DNA of 64,000 bases from an uncultured Gammaproteobacteria bacterium (GCA_964522405.1 CAZFTR010000002.1:8032-72031), one strand, 5' to 3'; positions 28,866 through 40,315 are shown, numbered from the stretch's first letter. Notes: a model not told the origin generated them from the sequence alone. Program-made: numbers and translations.

Positions 28866-31655
28866 ATGAAAAAAACAAAATTTAGTTCTTTGCTAAGAAG
28901 AGTAAGAATGATTGGTTTGTTTGTGATTTTGCTGGCAGCCGGTCTTTTTTTTCAAACAGGCACGGTTAAGGCTGAAGTATGTACTTGGAGTACCTCTACT
29001 CCTGGTGCCAATATCAGTGATGCCAGCAGTTGGGCGGATTGTACTTTGAGTTCAGATGATACTTTGCTGTTTGGTGCCACAACAACAGCCGCAACTTGGG
29101 ATAGCGGTCTAATCCAAATTGCAGGTGTTTCGACTACACCGGAATATACAGGTACTATCACTTTGGGTACCAATGTTTCCAGTACAGGGGATGTGTTCAT
29201 TGGATCAGCTACCACTTTTGATCTTGGTGCTTACAGTCTTGATGTGGCCGGTGATTTTTTGAATTATGGGAATGTTAGTCAATCCGCAGGCTACACCGGG
29301 ATGAGCGGAAATTCCAATTTGGGTGGCTCGGGCAGGACCCAACTTTTCGCTTTTTTAGTTAATAATTCCAATACTGTTACTTTTTCCGGAGATGTTGTTG
29401 CTTCTTCAACCATAACAATCGGTAGTGGATCGACATTGATTTTGGGAGCCAATGGATTGCAATTTGGAGGTGCTCTCTCAAACTCCGGATCGATTACCCA
29501 AACTGCCAGTTCCACTTTCATGACCGGAGACGCTAACATTGGCGGCTCAGGAAGAACCCAACTTTTTGCTTTTACCGTAAGTCATTCAGATGGAGTAGAT
29601 GCTACTTTGGTGGGTGATTTGGTTGTTTCCTCCACCTTAACTATTGGTAGTGATGTTAATTTGGCTCTGGGAGCCAATGGATTGCAATTTGGAGGTGCTC
29701 TTGCCAACTCCGGATCGATTACCCAAACTGCCAGCTCCACTCTTATGACCGGAGACGCCAACATTGGTGGTTCAGGAAGAACCCAACTTTTTGCTTTTAC
29801 TATAAGCGCTTCCAACGGAGTAGACGCCACTTTGGTGGGTGATTTGATTGTTTCTTCAACATTGACTATTGGCAGTGATGTTAATTTGGCAATGGAAGCC
29901 TATGGACTTGAAGCAGGTGGTGCTATTACCAATTCCGGAGCCATAACTCAAACTGCCAGTTCAACAATCATGACCGGCAGTGCCAATTTGGGTGGTTCGG
30001 GAAGAACTCAATTTTTTGCCTTTACAGCTGACAATTCCAATACTGTTACTTTTGCCGGGGATGTTGTGGCTTCCTCAACTATCACAATCGGTAGCGGATC
30101 GGCATTGACTATGGGAGCCTATGGATTGCAATTTGGCGGTGCTCTCTCAAACTCCGGAACAATTACCCAAACTGCCAGTTCAACAATCATGACCGGCAGT
30201 GCCAATTTGGGTGGTTCGGGATCAAGCAGTTTCTTTAATTTAACCCTTAATGAGACCGTGACTTTGACCGGAAGTGTGACTTCCACCAATGCCTTTACTA
30301 ACAGTGGTGCTCTTACTATCTCTGACAGTGTAAATTTAGTTGCTTCAGGAACTTTTAATAACGATGGAACAATTACAGAAACAGGTGCTATTATACATGC
30401 TCTAACTTCTTCTAAGTTTACAGACACTTCCGGGACAGAAGTAACATCTTATAATACAGGTTCTGATACTTTATTTATTACGGTTGAAGATCATGACGGT
30501 AATCTCGATGCAACTGCGCTTGATACCATAACCGGATCAGTATATACAGCCAATGATGGTGTGGTAGATCAAGAAAGTATGACATTAACCGAAACAGGTG
30601 TTGATACAGGTGTTTTCCGTAGTTCAATCGGTTTTACGCCTTCTGCTCAGAAAACCCAGAACAATGGTAAAATTGAAGTTAATGGAGCCGGAAGTTTAGC
30701 TCTAACCTTTACTGATTCAAAGGACAGTACTGATACCGGAACTGATACGGCAAATTATACCGGTAGTTCGGTTGGTTCAGGTGGTAGTCCGGTTAGCAAT
30801 CCTGTCACGGAATCGACCACTGATGACACTGCCACTGAAACAAATACAACAGATACTACTACTGATGACAGTACTGCAGACACAACCACTGATGACACTG
30901 CTACTGATGAGGAGATAGTTGATGATGTTATCACTGATGATGCCACAGAAGAAGTTGTTGATCCTGAAGAAAAAGAAGCCGAGTCTGATCAAGAAGAATC
31001 AGCTCCGGAAGCAATTTCAGAAACATCATCATGCCCTCTTTTGACCGGACAGCCTTATAAAACACTTGATTCAAATACTGTTTATTATATAACTGAAAAT
31101 TGTACAAAATCAGTATTTAGAAGCGCAGAGAAATTTTTCTCTTATTTTACCTCCTGGGATGTGGTTAAAAATGCTTCACATAAAAATCTAAGAGAGATTT
31201 CGACTGATCAGCTTGGTTTTATGCCTTGGGGTCCTTTGTATGATCCTCAATTCGGAGCTTTGGTAAAGATTGCAAAAGATCCAAAAGTGTACTTGCTTTT
31301 AGGTAATGAAAAGTATTGGATTACATCAGAAGAGGTTTTTAATGCTTTGTATGATGGGCGATGGAATTGGATTGAAACAATTGATAAAAGTCTCTTAGAT
31401 AAATACGCAACCGGTTCTGAAATTAATTATCAGGATCATCATCCAAATTATTCTCTTATAAAATATCAAAATTCAAATAAAATATATCGCTTGGAGCCCG
31501 ATCCAAATGATAGTACAAAACAAGTAAAGCGACACATAATTGATGAAAAGACTTTTGTATCTCTTGGATTTAGATGGGATAGAATTGTGGATATTGCTGA
31601 CAGTGAAATATATGCTGATGGAAAAACTATTACTTTGGATGCGGGGGCTGAGTAA
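28866..31655 (+). CDS. Secreted surface protein with about 55-aa tandem beta repeats, an acidic Thr-rich linker and a C-terminal three-repeat domain
   Basis: Signal peptide VKA-E; five N(L/I)GGSG-anchored units (four continuing RTQ.FAF); LTETGVDTGVF; C-terminal VYYI/VYLL/IYRL repeats. Confidence 0.8.
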   Translation: MKKTKFSSLLRRVRMIGLFVILLAAGLFFQTGTVKAEVCTWSTSTPGANISDASSWADCTLSSDDTLLFGATTTAATWDSGLIQIAGVSTTPEYTGTITLGTNVSSTGDVFIGSATTFDLGAYSLDVAGDFLNYGNVSQSAGYTGMSGNSNLGGSGRTQLFAFLVNNSNTVTFSGDVVASSTITIGSGSTLILGANGLQFGGALSNSGSITQTASSTFMTGDANIGGSGRTQLFAFTVSHSDGVDATLVGDLVVSSTLTIGSDVNLALGANGLQFGGALANSGSITQTASSTLMTGDANIGGSGRTQLFAFTISASNGVDATLVGDLIVSSTLTIGSDVNLAMEAYGLEAGGAITNSGAITQTASSTIMTGSANLGGSGRTQFFAFTADNSNTVTFAGDVVASSTITIGSGSALTMGAYGLQFGGALSNSGTITQTASSTIMTGSANLGGSGSSSFFNLTLNETVTLTGSVTSTNAFTNSGALTISDSVNLVASGTFNNDGTITETGAIIHALTSSKFTDTSGTEVTSYNTGSDTLFITVEDHDGNLDATALDTITGSVYTANDGVVDQESMTLTETGVDTGVFRSSIGFTPSAQKTQNNGKIEVNGAGSLALTFTDSKDSTDTGTDTANYTGSSVGSGGSPVSNPVTESTTDDTATETNTTDTTTDDSTADTTTDDTATDEEIVDDVITDDATEEVVDPEEKEAESDQEESAPEAISETSSCPLLTGQPYKTLDSNTVYYITENCTKSVFRSAEKFFSYFTSWDVVKNASHKNLREISTDQLGFMPWGPLYDPQFGALVKIAKDPKVYLLLGNEKYWITSEEVFNALYDGRWNWIETIDKSLLDKYATGSEINYQDHHPNYSLIKYQNSNKIYRLEPDPNDSTKQVKRHIIDEKTFVSLGFRWDRIVDIADSEIYADGKTITLDAGAE

Positions 31656-31726
31656 AAAACCAGAATTGCCTGTATTAATTCGAATCCAAAAGTATTAGTA
31701 GTTTGTAGTTTTGAGACCTTGATTTT

Positions 31727-31759
31727 AACCGTCCATTGAGAGAAATGGGCGGTTTTTTT
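31727..31759 (+). terminator. Intrinsic terminator
   Basis: aaccgtccatt-gagaga-aatgggcggtt plus T-tract. Confidence 0.8.
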
Positions 31760-31881
31760 GTCTTATTTTAGCCAAGTAAAAGGACAATTTACCTAAAAAT
31801 CTGCTTGACCTTGTCTGATATATTGAGTATACTTTAGCAACACTATAGAAAACTTATCAAACTATTTGTAGTTAGAATACT

Positions 31882-32913
31882 ATGAAAAAAGCACTTATAA
31901 CCGGGATTACCGGACAAGATGGATCATATTTGGCTGAATTTTTACTAGACAAAGGATATGAAGTTCATGGAATTATCAGGAGATCCAGCAGTTTTAATAC
32001 AGAGAGATTAGATCATATTTATCAAGATCCTCATGAAAAGGGCAGACGATTGTTTCTTCATTATGGAGATCTTTCAGATTCCAGTAATATAAGTAGATTT
32101 ATTTCCAAACATCAACCAGATGAGATCTATAATCTCGGAGCTCAGAGTCATGTTCGAGTTAGTTTTGATATGCCTGAATACACCGGAGACGTTGTTGGTT
32201 TGGGAACTTTGAGACTTCTTGACGCTATTCGTGATTCAGGAATTAAAACCAAGTTTTACCAAGCATCTAGTTCTGAGATGTATGGAAAAGTTAAAGAAAC
32301 TCCTCAGAGTGAAACAACTCCTTTTTATCCACGTTCTCCATATGGTTGCGCCAAAGTTTTTGCTTTTTGGACAACTGTAAACTATCGGGAAAGTTATGAC
32401 ATGTTTGCTTGTAATGGAATTTTGTTTAATCATGAGTCGCCAAGAAGAGGTGGAACTTTTGTAACCAAGAAAATTACCAGAGGTTTAGTAAATATCAAAA
32501 ATGGCAAGCAGGAAAAACTTTTTATGGGTAATCTTGATTCAAAAAGAGATTGGGGTTATGCCAAGGAATATGTTGAGGCTATGTGGATGATGTTGCAGCA
32601 AGATAAGCCAGATGATTTTGTGATTGCCACTGGTGAGACTCATAGTCCAAGAGAGTTTATAGAAGAAGCATGTAGATTGCTTGATATTGACTTAGAGTGG
32701 CAGGGAAGTGGTGAAGAAGAAAAAGGAATTGATAAAAATACTGGAAAAGTCATTATTGAGATTGATCCGGTTTATTTCCGTCCAGCTGAAGTTGATTTGC
32801 TGGTTGGTGACATGACCAAGGCTCAAGAAAAACTGGGCTGGGAACCAAAAGTAAAATTCAAAGATCTGGTTAAGATTATGGTGGAGGATGAATTGGAAAA
32901 TTTTAAGAAATAA
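31882..32913 (+). CDS. gmd: GDP-mannose 4,6-dehydratase
   Basis: [39 protein letters not shown]. Promoter TTGACC-N17-TATACT at 31805-31833. Confidence 0.97.
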   Translation: MKKALITGITGQDGSYLAEFLLDKGYEVHGIIRRSSSFNTERLDHIYQDPHEKGRRLFLHYGDLSDSSNISRFISKHQPDEIYNLGAQSHVRVSFDMPEYTGDVVGLGTLRLLDAIRDSGIKTKFYQASSSEMYGKVKETPQSETTPFYPRSPYGCAKVFAFWTTVNYRESYDMFACNGILFNHESPRRGGTFVTKKITRGLVNIKNGKQEKLFMGNLDSKRDWGYAKEYVEAMWMMLQQDKPDDFVIATGETHSPREFIEEACRLLDIDLEWQGSGEEEKGIDKNTGKVIIEIDPVYFRPAEVDLLVGDMTKAQEKLGWEPKVKFKDLVKIMVEDELENFKK

Positions 32914-32915
32914 AT

Positions 32916-33848
32916 ATGATGCAAAAAAATTCAAAAATATATGTAGCAGGTCATAGAGGAATGGTTGGTTCTGCTATTGTGCGAAAGCTTGAAGCTGAGG
33001 GTTATACAAATATAATCAAAAAAACCAGTGCAGAATTGGATCTTCGTGATCAAAAAGCCACAGCTGAATTTTTTTCACAAGAAAAACCAGAGTATGTTTT
33101 TCTGGGGGCTGCAAAAGTTGGTGGAATTTTGGCGAATAAAGAAAGAAAAGCTGAATTTTTCTTTGATAATATGATGATTGAGTTAAATGTAATAGATGCT
33201 GCTCAGAAAAATGGTGTAAAAAAATTATGTTTCCTTGGTAGTAGTTGTATTTATCCGAAATTTGCAGAGCAACCAATAAAAGAGGAGTATTTGATGACAG
33301 GTCATCTTGAGCCTACCAATGATGCTTACGCTGTTGCTAAAATTGCCGGTATACAAATGTGCAAGGCATACTATGAGCAGTATGGTTTTGAATCAGTGCA
33401 AATTATGCCCTGCAATCTTTTTGGTCCTGGAGATAATTTTGATCCAAAAACCTCTCATGTTTTACCAGCGCTTCTTCGAAAAGTTGTTGAAGCAAAAGAA
33501 AACGGAGACAAAGAAATTGTCATGTGGGGAACTGGAAAACCAAAACGAGAATTTCTCTTTGTTGATGATGTTGCTGATGCCTGTGTATATCTCATGAACA
33601 GTGATGTTAAAAATGATCTATTTAATGTGGGAATGGGTGAGGATATTGCTATCAAAGATTTGCTTGAATTAATTTGTGAGATTGTTGGTTATGAAGGAGA
33701 GATTAAACATGATCTTGAAAAGCCAGATGGAACTCCTAGAAAATTATTGGATATTTCAAAATTACATTCTCTAGGTTGGAAACATCAAGTTGAACTTAGA
33801 GAAGGAATAGAAAAATTATATCAATGGTATTTAGAAAATAAAAAATAA
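32916..33848 (+). CDS. fcl: GDP-L-fucose synthase
   Basis: [45 protein letters not shown]. Confidence 0.96.
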   Translation: MMQKNSKIYVAGHRGMVGSAIVRKLEAEGYTNIIKKTSAELDLRDQKATAEFFSQEKPEYVFLGAAKVGGILANKERKAEFFFDNMMIELNVIDAAQKNGVKKLCFLGSSCIYPKFAEQPIKEEYLMTGHLEPTNDAYAVAKIAGIQMCKAYYEQYGFESVQIMPCNLFGPGDNFDPKTSHVLPALLRKVVEAKENGDKEIVMWGTGKPKREFLFVDDVADACVYLMNSDVKNDLFNVGMGEDIAIKDLLELICEIVGYEGEIKHDLEKPDGTPRKLLDISKLHSLGWKHQVELREGIEKLYQWYLENKK

Positions 33849-33852
33849 TCTT

Positions 33853-34833
33853 ATGGCAAAAAAAGCACTTTTAACTGGAATTTGCGGTCAAGATGCAGCC
33901 TATATGGCAGAGTTGCTTATTAAGAAAGGTTATCAGGTTTTTGGTGTGGGGCGAAGCATAAGAGAAGATAGATTGTGGAGATTGGAAGAGCTGGGAATAA
34001 AGGACAAGGTTGAGTTGATAAATGGAGATATTACTGATTCTCTTTTTGTCTTTAATATATTCAAAGAGATTCAACCTGATGAATGTTATAATTTTGCCGC
34101 TGTTTCATTTGTAGGACTTTCTTGGAAGATCACTCAGACAACAAATTCTATAAATACAAATGGGGTTGTAAATATTTTGGATGCTATTAAGCAAAATTCT
34201 CCACATACCAGACTTTATCAGGCTGGAAGTTCTGAGATGTTTGGCAGACCTGATAATGACATTCAAGACGAAAGTACCAGATTTGATCCATGTAATCCCT
34301 ATGGAGTTTCAAAACTAGCTGCTTATAATTTTACAAAAATTTATCGCGAAGCATATGGGATATATGCTTCAAATGCTTTTTGCTACAATCATGAATCAGA
34401 GCTTCGTGGTATTGAATATGTAACTCGTAAAATAACTGATGGTGTAGCTCGTATTGCACTTGGTATCAGTGATGAAATTCGTCTTGGTAATATTGAGTCA
34501 AGAAGAGATTGGGGCTATGCAAGGGATTATGTAAAAGCTATGTGGCTTATGCTTCAGCAAGATCAACCTGGTGATTATGTTTTATCAACTGGTAAAACTC
34601 ACTCAATAAAAGAATTTCTAGCAGCTGCATTTGATAGAGTAGGAGTCGAAGATTGGCAAAAATATATTGTTGAAGATGAAAGATTTTTCCGTCCTCTTGA
34701 GCCATTTTTATTGCAGGGAAATTCTGCAAAAGCAAAGGAAGTTCTGGGTTGGGAGCCAGAAGTTAGTTTTGAAGAATTAGTTTCTAGGATGGTAGATTTT
34801 GATTTGAAAAATTTAAAATCAAAAAATGTTTAA
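33853..34833 (+). CDS. gmd: Second GDP-mannose 4,6-dehydratase-like SDR
   Basis: TGICGQDAAY, YQAGSSE, PYGVSK, NHESELRG, RDWGYA. Confidence 0.8.
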   Translation: MAKKALLTGICGQDAAYMAELLIKKGYQVFGVGRSIREDRLWRLEELGIKDKVELINGDITDSLFVFNIFKEIQPDECYNFAAVSFVGLSWKITQTTNSINTNGVVNILDAIKQNSPHTRLYQAGSSEMFGRPDNDIQDESTRFDPCNPYGVSKLAAYNFTKIYREAYGIYASNAFCYNHESELRGIEYVTRKITDGVARIALGISDEIRLGNIESRRDWGYARDYVKAMWLMLQQDQPGDYVLSTGKTHSIKEFLAAAFDRVGVEDWQKYIVEDERFFRPLEPFLLQGNSAKAKEVLGWEPEVSFEELVSRMVDFDLKNLKSKNV

Positions 34834-35896
34834 GAACAAAGCTTTTAAAATTATTAGTATTCTTTCAAAAAATATCCTAAATTCCAATAGGATTATTTTT
34901 GTTTCAGAGCAGGTAAATTGGGTTATAAAAGATATTTGTGAAAATGTAGTTGAGACTCTTCGAAAAACCAAAAAAATTAAAATCGGAATTACTTTTAGTC
35001 AAGTTTTTCTGAAGAATAAGATTTTGCATTTTGCAACTGCCGGAATGATTTTTGATCGAAATGGCAAGATTAGAAATTTTCACCCTTCAAATAAATCAAT
35101 TTTAACTTGGTATCATTTTGAGCCAGATGATAAAAGAGCAAAGTTTATTCCAGAGATTGCCGAGAAGGTTGATATTTTTCATACAGCATCTGAAACAACC
35201 AAGAAAGAATTAATTAAATATGGAGTTACAGAAGAAAAAATCATAATTGTTCCTATTGGAATTGATTTAAAAGTATTTAAGCCGTGCAACAAAGAAGAAA
35301 AAAGTAAATTACGTGAAAATTTAGGAATTGCCAAAGATAAAATCGTTATTGGTTCTTTTCAAAAAGATGGAAGCGGTTGGGGAGAGGGGAATGAGCCAAA
35401 ATTAATCAAGGGCCCGGATATTTTTTGTGATACAGTAGAAGAGCTGGCAAGAGATTATGATATTCATGTTTTATTGACTGGGCCGGCCAGAGGTTACGTA
35501 AAAAAGCGCTTAGATCAAGCTGGAATTTCCTATACTCATAAGTACCTTGATAATTATTTGGATATTGTTGATTATTATCATATGCTTGACCTCTACATTA
35601 TCAGCTCAAGAGTAGAGGGTGGACCAAAAGCTTTTCTAGAATCAATGGCCTGTAAAATTCCTTTTGTCTCGACAAGTGTTGGAATGGTAACGGATATAAT
35701 TGAGAGTGGTATAAATGGCTCTGTTGTTAGTAGTTTTGATGCGCAGGAACTCTATGAAAAATCAAAAGAATTATTGGATAATAAAAATTTAAAAGACAGA
35801 CTTATTGAGCAAGGTTTTGAAGATGTTAGAAAATATGATTGGAGTGTGGTTGCAGATCTTTATCATCAAAAATTATATCTACCATTAATCAAATAG
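34826..35896 (+). CDS. Glycosyltransferase family 4
   Basis: SSRVEGGPKAFLESMA and KGPD. Confidence 0.88.
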   Translation: MFKNKAFKIISILSKNILNSNRIIFVSEQVNWVIKDICENVVETLRKTKKIKIGITFSQVFLKNKILHFATAGMIFDRNGKIRNFHPSNKSILTWYHFEPDDKRAKFIPEIAEKVDIFHTASETTKKELIKYGVTEEKIIIVPIGIDLKVFKPCNKEEKSKLRENLGIAKDKIVIGSFQKDGSGWGEGNEPKLIKGPDIFCDTVEELARDYDIHVLLTGPARGYVKKRLDQAGISYTHKYLDNYLDIVDYYHMLDLYIISSRVEGGPKAFLESMACKIPFVSTSVGMVTDIIESGINGSVVSSFDAQELYEKSKELLDNKNLKDRLIEQGFEDVRKYDWSVVADLYHQKLYLPLIK

Positions 35897-35899
35897 TTT

Positions 35900-36889
35900 A
35901 TGAAAATTCATATTTATTATCCTCTTAAAAAAGGCCCATGGGGTGGGGGAAATCAATTTTTGAGAGCACTGCAAAAAGAATTCAAAAAAAGTGGTAATTA
36001 TGCTGAGGCAATAGAAGATGCTGATGCTGTTTTGTTCAATAGTCATCATCAACTCTCAGGAGTTGTTAAGTTAAGAAGAAAGCATCCAAATACATTATTT
36101 GTTCACAGAATTGATGGTCCTTTATCAAAAATTAGAGGTACTTGGCTCAGTAAAATGACAGATAAGGTAATTTTTTATTTCTCTGATGTGCTTTCTCAGA
36201 TTACTATATTACAAAGTGGTTGGAGTAAAAAGGTGAGTGAAGAATTAGGATATAGACAAAAAGAATTTGATACGGTTATTTTCAATGCCAGTGATGAGCT
36301 AATATTTAATCGAGAGGGTAAAAAAGAATTCAAGCCACAAGAAAAAATTAAGATTATTGCTACCAGTTGGTCAGCAAATATGGGCAAGGGTTTTGATGTT
36401 TATGACTACATGGATAAGAATCTTGATTTTGATAAGTATCAATTTACTTTTATTGGAAATACACCTATTAAATTTGAGAACATCAAACATATTGAGCCTG
36501 TACCGAGCGAAGAGCTTGCTAAATATCTAAAAGATTCTGATATTTTTATTACTGCTTCTAAAAATGATCCATGCTCTAACTCTCTTATTGAGGCTCTAAG
36601 TTCTGGATTGCCAGTCATTGTTAGAAATGATGGAGGTCATCCTGAATTGATGAGAGGTGGTGGGGAGAGCTTTGATAAAATTGAAGAAGTTATTGAAAAA
36701 CTTGAAAAAGTAGCAGCAAATTATGAAAATTATCAGTCAAATATTCCGGAGTTTGATATGGAAAAAACTGCAAAATTATATTATGCTGCTATTGAAAAAG
36801 CTTTTGAGAGTTCTCTTAAGCCAAAAAAAGTAGGAACATTTAAGAGTCTGCTTATATTGCTCAGTCTGAAGATGTTGAGACTTGCCTAA
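35900..36889 (+). CDS. Glycosyltransferase family 4-like
   Basis: PWGGGNQF and SKNDPCSNSLIEALSSGLP. Confidence 0.85.
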   Translation: MKIHIYYPLKKGPWGGGNQFLRALQKEFKKSGNYAEAIEDADAVLFNSHHQLSGVVKLRRKHPNTLFVHRIDGPLSKIRGTWLSKMTDKVIFYFSDVLSQITILQSGWSKKVSEELGYRQKEFDTVIFNASDELIFNREGKKEFKPQEKIKIIATSWSANMGKGFDVYDYMDKNLDFDKYQFTFIGNTPIKFENIKHIEPVPSEELAKYLKDSDIFITASKNDPCSNSLIEALSSGLPVIVRNDGGHPELMRGGGESFDKIEEVIEKLEKVAANYENYQSNIPEFDMEKTAKLYYAAIEKAFESSLKPKKVGTFKSLLILLSLKMLRLA

Positions 36890-38986
36890 CTATATTCCAA
36901 ATTTATAGGGAGGTTGATATTTGAGTTCTATAAGATTTTCACCTTTTAGAAGGGGTAATGCCATGAAGCTGTGATATGCTGGTATTACCTCTTTTTTTTC
37001 TTGGTTTATGTAGGCGCTCCAGAAGGGGTGGTAATTGTTGCTGATAATTAGAATTGTCGGGTTTTCCAGGTTGGCTTTTAAGACTATTTGATCAGGGCTG
37101 TATTTAATCAATTCTGGTTTTAATTTTGTTTCTACCAGCGATTCTATGTTGAGATCTCCAAGATCTTTTTCTTCAAGATAGACCTCCTGTGACAAAGTAT
37201 CAAATGTACTGGTTGAAAGTGTATTTAATAACTCATCTTTATTCTCAAATACCCTTACTTTACCAACCAAAAAGAAACGATCAAGAACATTTTTATTTTC
37301 ATAAATTAAAAGTTTTTTACCAGTAAAATTTTCTTTTATTCTGTTTGAAATTCCCTTTGTTCTAATGTGATCGATAGTAGCGCTAGGTGATTCAATTTTT
37401 GAAAATCCTGGAGCTGAAACTTTCAAATATGAGGCAAGGTATTTTACATTGGCAAGAGACAGTAGATTTTGATTGATAAATTTAGTTGAGTCTTGCATGA
37501 ATTCTTCTTTTTCTTGTTCGCTTGCTTGCCAGAAAAAATAATAACTGTGTTTTGGTTTTTTCTTAAATTTTGCCATTTGGTTGAAATACTCTGCAAATCT
37601 TTTGGAGGTCATATTAATATCTCCATCAATGCTTTCAAATCCATTCATATTTAAGATTGATGTTCTTAGGTCTGACTCCTCATTACTAATCAGCGCGACT
37701 CTAAATGGATTTTTTTCTTCTTGGGTTTTTTGTTTTAGTGTATCGAGATCAGGGCTATAAGTATTTGCATGGTAGCTTCCGGATTTTAGCCAAATTTTTG
37801 CATGTCTTGTTTTTAGGGCTAAATTTGAAAATACTAAAAGCACGATGAAAACTGAAACAAAAATACTGTATAGAAGATATTTTTTTTGAGATTTTTCTGA
37901 TACGAGATATCCTTTTAAACTGTTTATCGCTATTGCCGCGGCTATTGATGCGAAAAAAGGAACTAATAAACTGAAACGATCAAAGCCAAAATCAGCTAGA
38001 GGGCCAAGGTAGTCTCCAAATTTGGATGATAATGGTCTGTAGTATTGCACAACAAAAATTCCCAAGAAAACCAGAATTGATGTTCTTTTGAAATAGCGAT
38101 TTTTGATATCAAAGAATTTTGATCCTAGGATTGCTAAGGCGATTATGAGGAGTGAAAGATAGTTTTGCACTAATAATTCTTTTACAGTTACTAGATAATT
38201 TATTAGATTTGCATTGTAATAGCCACCAACACGATTTGAGAGTGGGGTGTTAGTTATCATGCTCCAAACAGCTGGTAAGTGGGCAATAATAGAAGCAAAG
38301 CTAAATAGAAATAAGATCAAAAGTTTTTTTACTGAATAATCTTTTTTTACAAAAACAAACCAGAGAAAAATAGCCACAAGAGCAAATGGAAGCGTAAAAA
38401 CAACTGATGAGGCAAAACCAAATAAAATTCCAAGCAGAATGGCATACAGATATTTAATTTTCTCTTGAATATTGAAAATTTCCTGAAGATAGAATATTGA
38501 AAAAGGAACAAAGGACAGACCAATCATGAATGGTATTATGTCTATAAGAATTAAGGATTGGGCAAAGATAAAAGAGGCAAGTAGAGATGCAGCTTTTTTG
38601 AGTTCAAGTTGTTTGTGACAAATACGAAATGTAAAATATGATCCAATAAAAATACTCAAAAAAAGCACTGTCCCATAAGCAAGCCAACTCGGAACTAAAT
38701 TAAATATCATACTACTAAGATGTATATTGAGCAGATCATTGGCAATTCTATCAATTCCCCCGGCAAAAAGAGGATCCCAGTAAGTTATCCCATGTGTTGC
38801 TATGTTTGACGCCAGTGACTGAAATCTTGGTATGAATATGTCTAAATTATCTCCAACTCGCACATAAGAAAATGGTCCAAGAAAAATATATTCAAATACT
38901 GTGAATAGAGAAAATAAAAGAAAAAAAGTTTTTTCTCTTTTGGAGAAGAAGCTTTTTATTTTCCGTGCAATATCGGCTCTAGTCAT
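36890..38986 (-). CDS. YfhO-like GT-C membrane protein
   Basis: Multi-TM; YWDPLFAGG near the N-terminus; C-terminal NYHPFWSAYIN..PAYHSFMALPL.KGEN.I.L.Y.P, typical of YfhO-family tails. Confidence 0.72.
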   Translation of the reverse strand: MTRADIARKIKSFFSKREKTFFLLFSLFTVFEYIFLGPFSYVRVGDNLDIFIPRFQSLASNIATHGITYWDPLFAGGIDRIANDLLNIHLSSMIFNLVPSWLAYGTVLFLSIFIGSYFTFRICHKQLELKKAASLLASFIFAQSLILIDIIPFMIGLSFVPFSIFYLQEIFNIQEKIKYLYAILLGILFGFASSVVFTLPFALVAIFLWFVFVKKDYSVKKLLILFLFSFASIIAHLPAVWSMITNTPLSNRVGGYYNANLINYLVTVKELLVQNYLSLLIIALAILGSKFFDIKNRYFKRTSILVFLGIFVVQYYRPLSSKFGDYLGPLADFGFDRFSLLVPFFASIAAAIAINSLKGYLVSEKSQKKYLLYSIFVSVFIVLLVFSNLALKTRHAKIWLKSGSYHANTYSPDLDTLKQKTQEEKNPFRVALISNEESDLRTSILNMNGFESIDGDINMTSKRFAEYFNQMAKFKKKPKHSYYFFWQASEQEKEEFMQDSTKFINQNLLSLANVKYLASYLKVSAPGFSKIESPSATIDHIRTKGISNRIKENFTGKKLLIYENKNVLDRFFLVGKVRVFENKDELLNTLSTSTFDTLSQEVYLEEKDLGDLNIESLVETKLKPELIKYSPDQIVLKANLENPTILIISNNYHPFWSAYINQEKKEVIPAYHSFMALPLLKGENLIELKYQPPYKFGI

Positions 38987-40283
38987 ATTTTTTCATAAAA
39001 TTTTTCATGGTTTCAGAAATAAATTCTATCATCTGATCTGTAATTCCCGGATAGCAACCAATCCAAAAAGTGTCTAGCATAACTTTGTCAGTGTTTTTCA
39101 AATCACTTACAGATCTGTATTCAATATCTCGCTCTACAAAATATGGCTGTTTGGTTATGTTTCCGGCAAACAAGTATCTGGTGGCAATTTTATTTTCATT
39201 TAGATGCGCTACAATATCTTTTCTTTTGAAAGGCGCTGAATCTTTCACTGTTAAAAGAAAACCAAACCAACTTGGTTCTGATTCTTCGAGCCAAGTTGGA
39301 AGATGTAGATAGTTTTGATATTTTTCAAAGACTTGATATATTTTCTTAAAATTTTCTTTTCTTTTTTCTACAAATCCATCCAGTTTTTCAAATTGAGCCA
39401 GTCCCAATGCTGCTTGCATGTCAGTTATTTTAAGATTGTATCCAACTTCTGAATAGATATATTTATGATCATATCCTTCTGGCAGATTTCCAAGCTTCCA
39501 ACAAAATCTTTTATTGCAAGTATTGTCTTGTCCGGTTTTGCACCAGCAGTCACGACCCCAATCTCGAAATGATTTTACGATTTTGTATAATAATGAATTA
39601 TCAGTAAAAACAGCTCCACCTTCTCCCATGGTTATATGATGTGCTGGGTAAAAACTGCAGGTAGCAATATGACCAAATGTTCCAGTTTTTTTTCCATCAT
39701 ATTCTGAACCAAGAGCGTCACAATTATCTTCTATAAACCAAAGATCATTTTGATCACAAATTTCTCTAATTTCCTTGAGGTGATATGGATTACCCAAAGT
39801 GTGTGCCAGAAAAATTGCTTTTGTTTTTGGTGTAATTGCTTTTTTTATTTCATCTATCTTTGCATTGTAGGTTCCAAGATCAATATCAACAAATACTGGA
39901 ATCAAACCATATTGGATTATTGGATTTACAGTTGTGGGAAATCCGGCTGCCACACTTATAACCTCATCACCTGGTTTTAGCTGTTTTTCTTTTAGTTTTG
40001 TGGAGGTAAGAGCTGAAAAGGCAAGTAGATTTGCAGAAGAGCCTGAGTTTGTCAGAGCTGTATATTTTGTTCCAATCCATTTGCTTAATCGCTGCTCAAG
40101 TAGATCTGAAAATCTACCCTCAGTCCACCAACCATCAAGAACTGCCTCTACCATATTGTAGATCTCTTGTTCATCAAATATTTTCCCGGAAATTCTTATC
40201 GGTGATTCACCGGGTTTAAATTCTTGTTTTGGAAATTTTTGATCATGGATTTTTTTAAGTATATCTTTTAGTTCTTGGTTCAT
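38979..40283 (-). CDS. rfbH: CDP-4-keto-6-deoxy-D-glucose 3-dehydrase (E1)
   Basis: NSGSSANL, EDNCDALGS, SFYPAHHITMGEGG (His in place of the PLP Lys), RDCWC...C Fe-S motif, YDHKY. Own promoter TTGCCG-N17-TAAAAT at 40336-40308. Confidence 0.93.
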   Translation of the reverse strand: MNQELKDILKKIHDQKFPKQEFKPGESPIRISGKIFDEQEIYNMVEAVLDGWWTEGRFSDLLEQRLSKWIGTKYTALTNSGSSANLLAFSALTSTKLKEKQLKPGDEVISVAAGFPTTVNPIIQYGLIPVFVDIDLGTYNAKIDEIKKAITPKTKAIFLAHTLGNPYHLKEIREICDQNDLWFIEDNCDALGSEYDGKKTGTFGHIATCSFYPAHHITMGEGGAVFTDNSLLYKIVKSFRDWGRDCWCKTGQDNTCNKRFCWKLGNLPEGYDHKYIYSEVGYNLKITDMQAALGLAQFEKLDGFVEKRKENFKKIYQVFEKYQNYLHLPTWLEESEPSWFGFLLTVKDSAPFKRKDIVAHLNENKIATRYLFAGNITKQPYFVERDIEYRSVSDLKNTDKVMLDTFWIGCYPGITDQMIEFISETMKNFMKKYD

Positions 40284-40315
40284 ATTTTTTTATTTAATTA
40301 CTCGCTTATTTTAGC

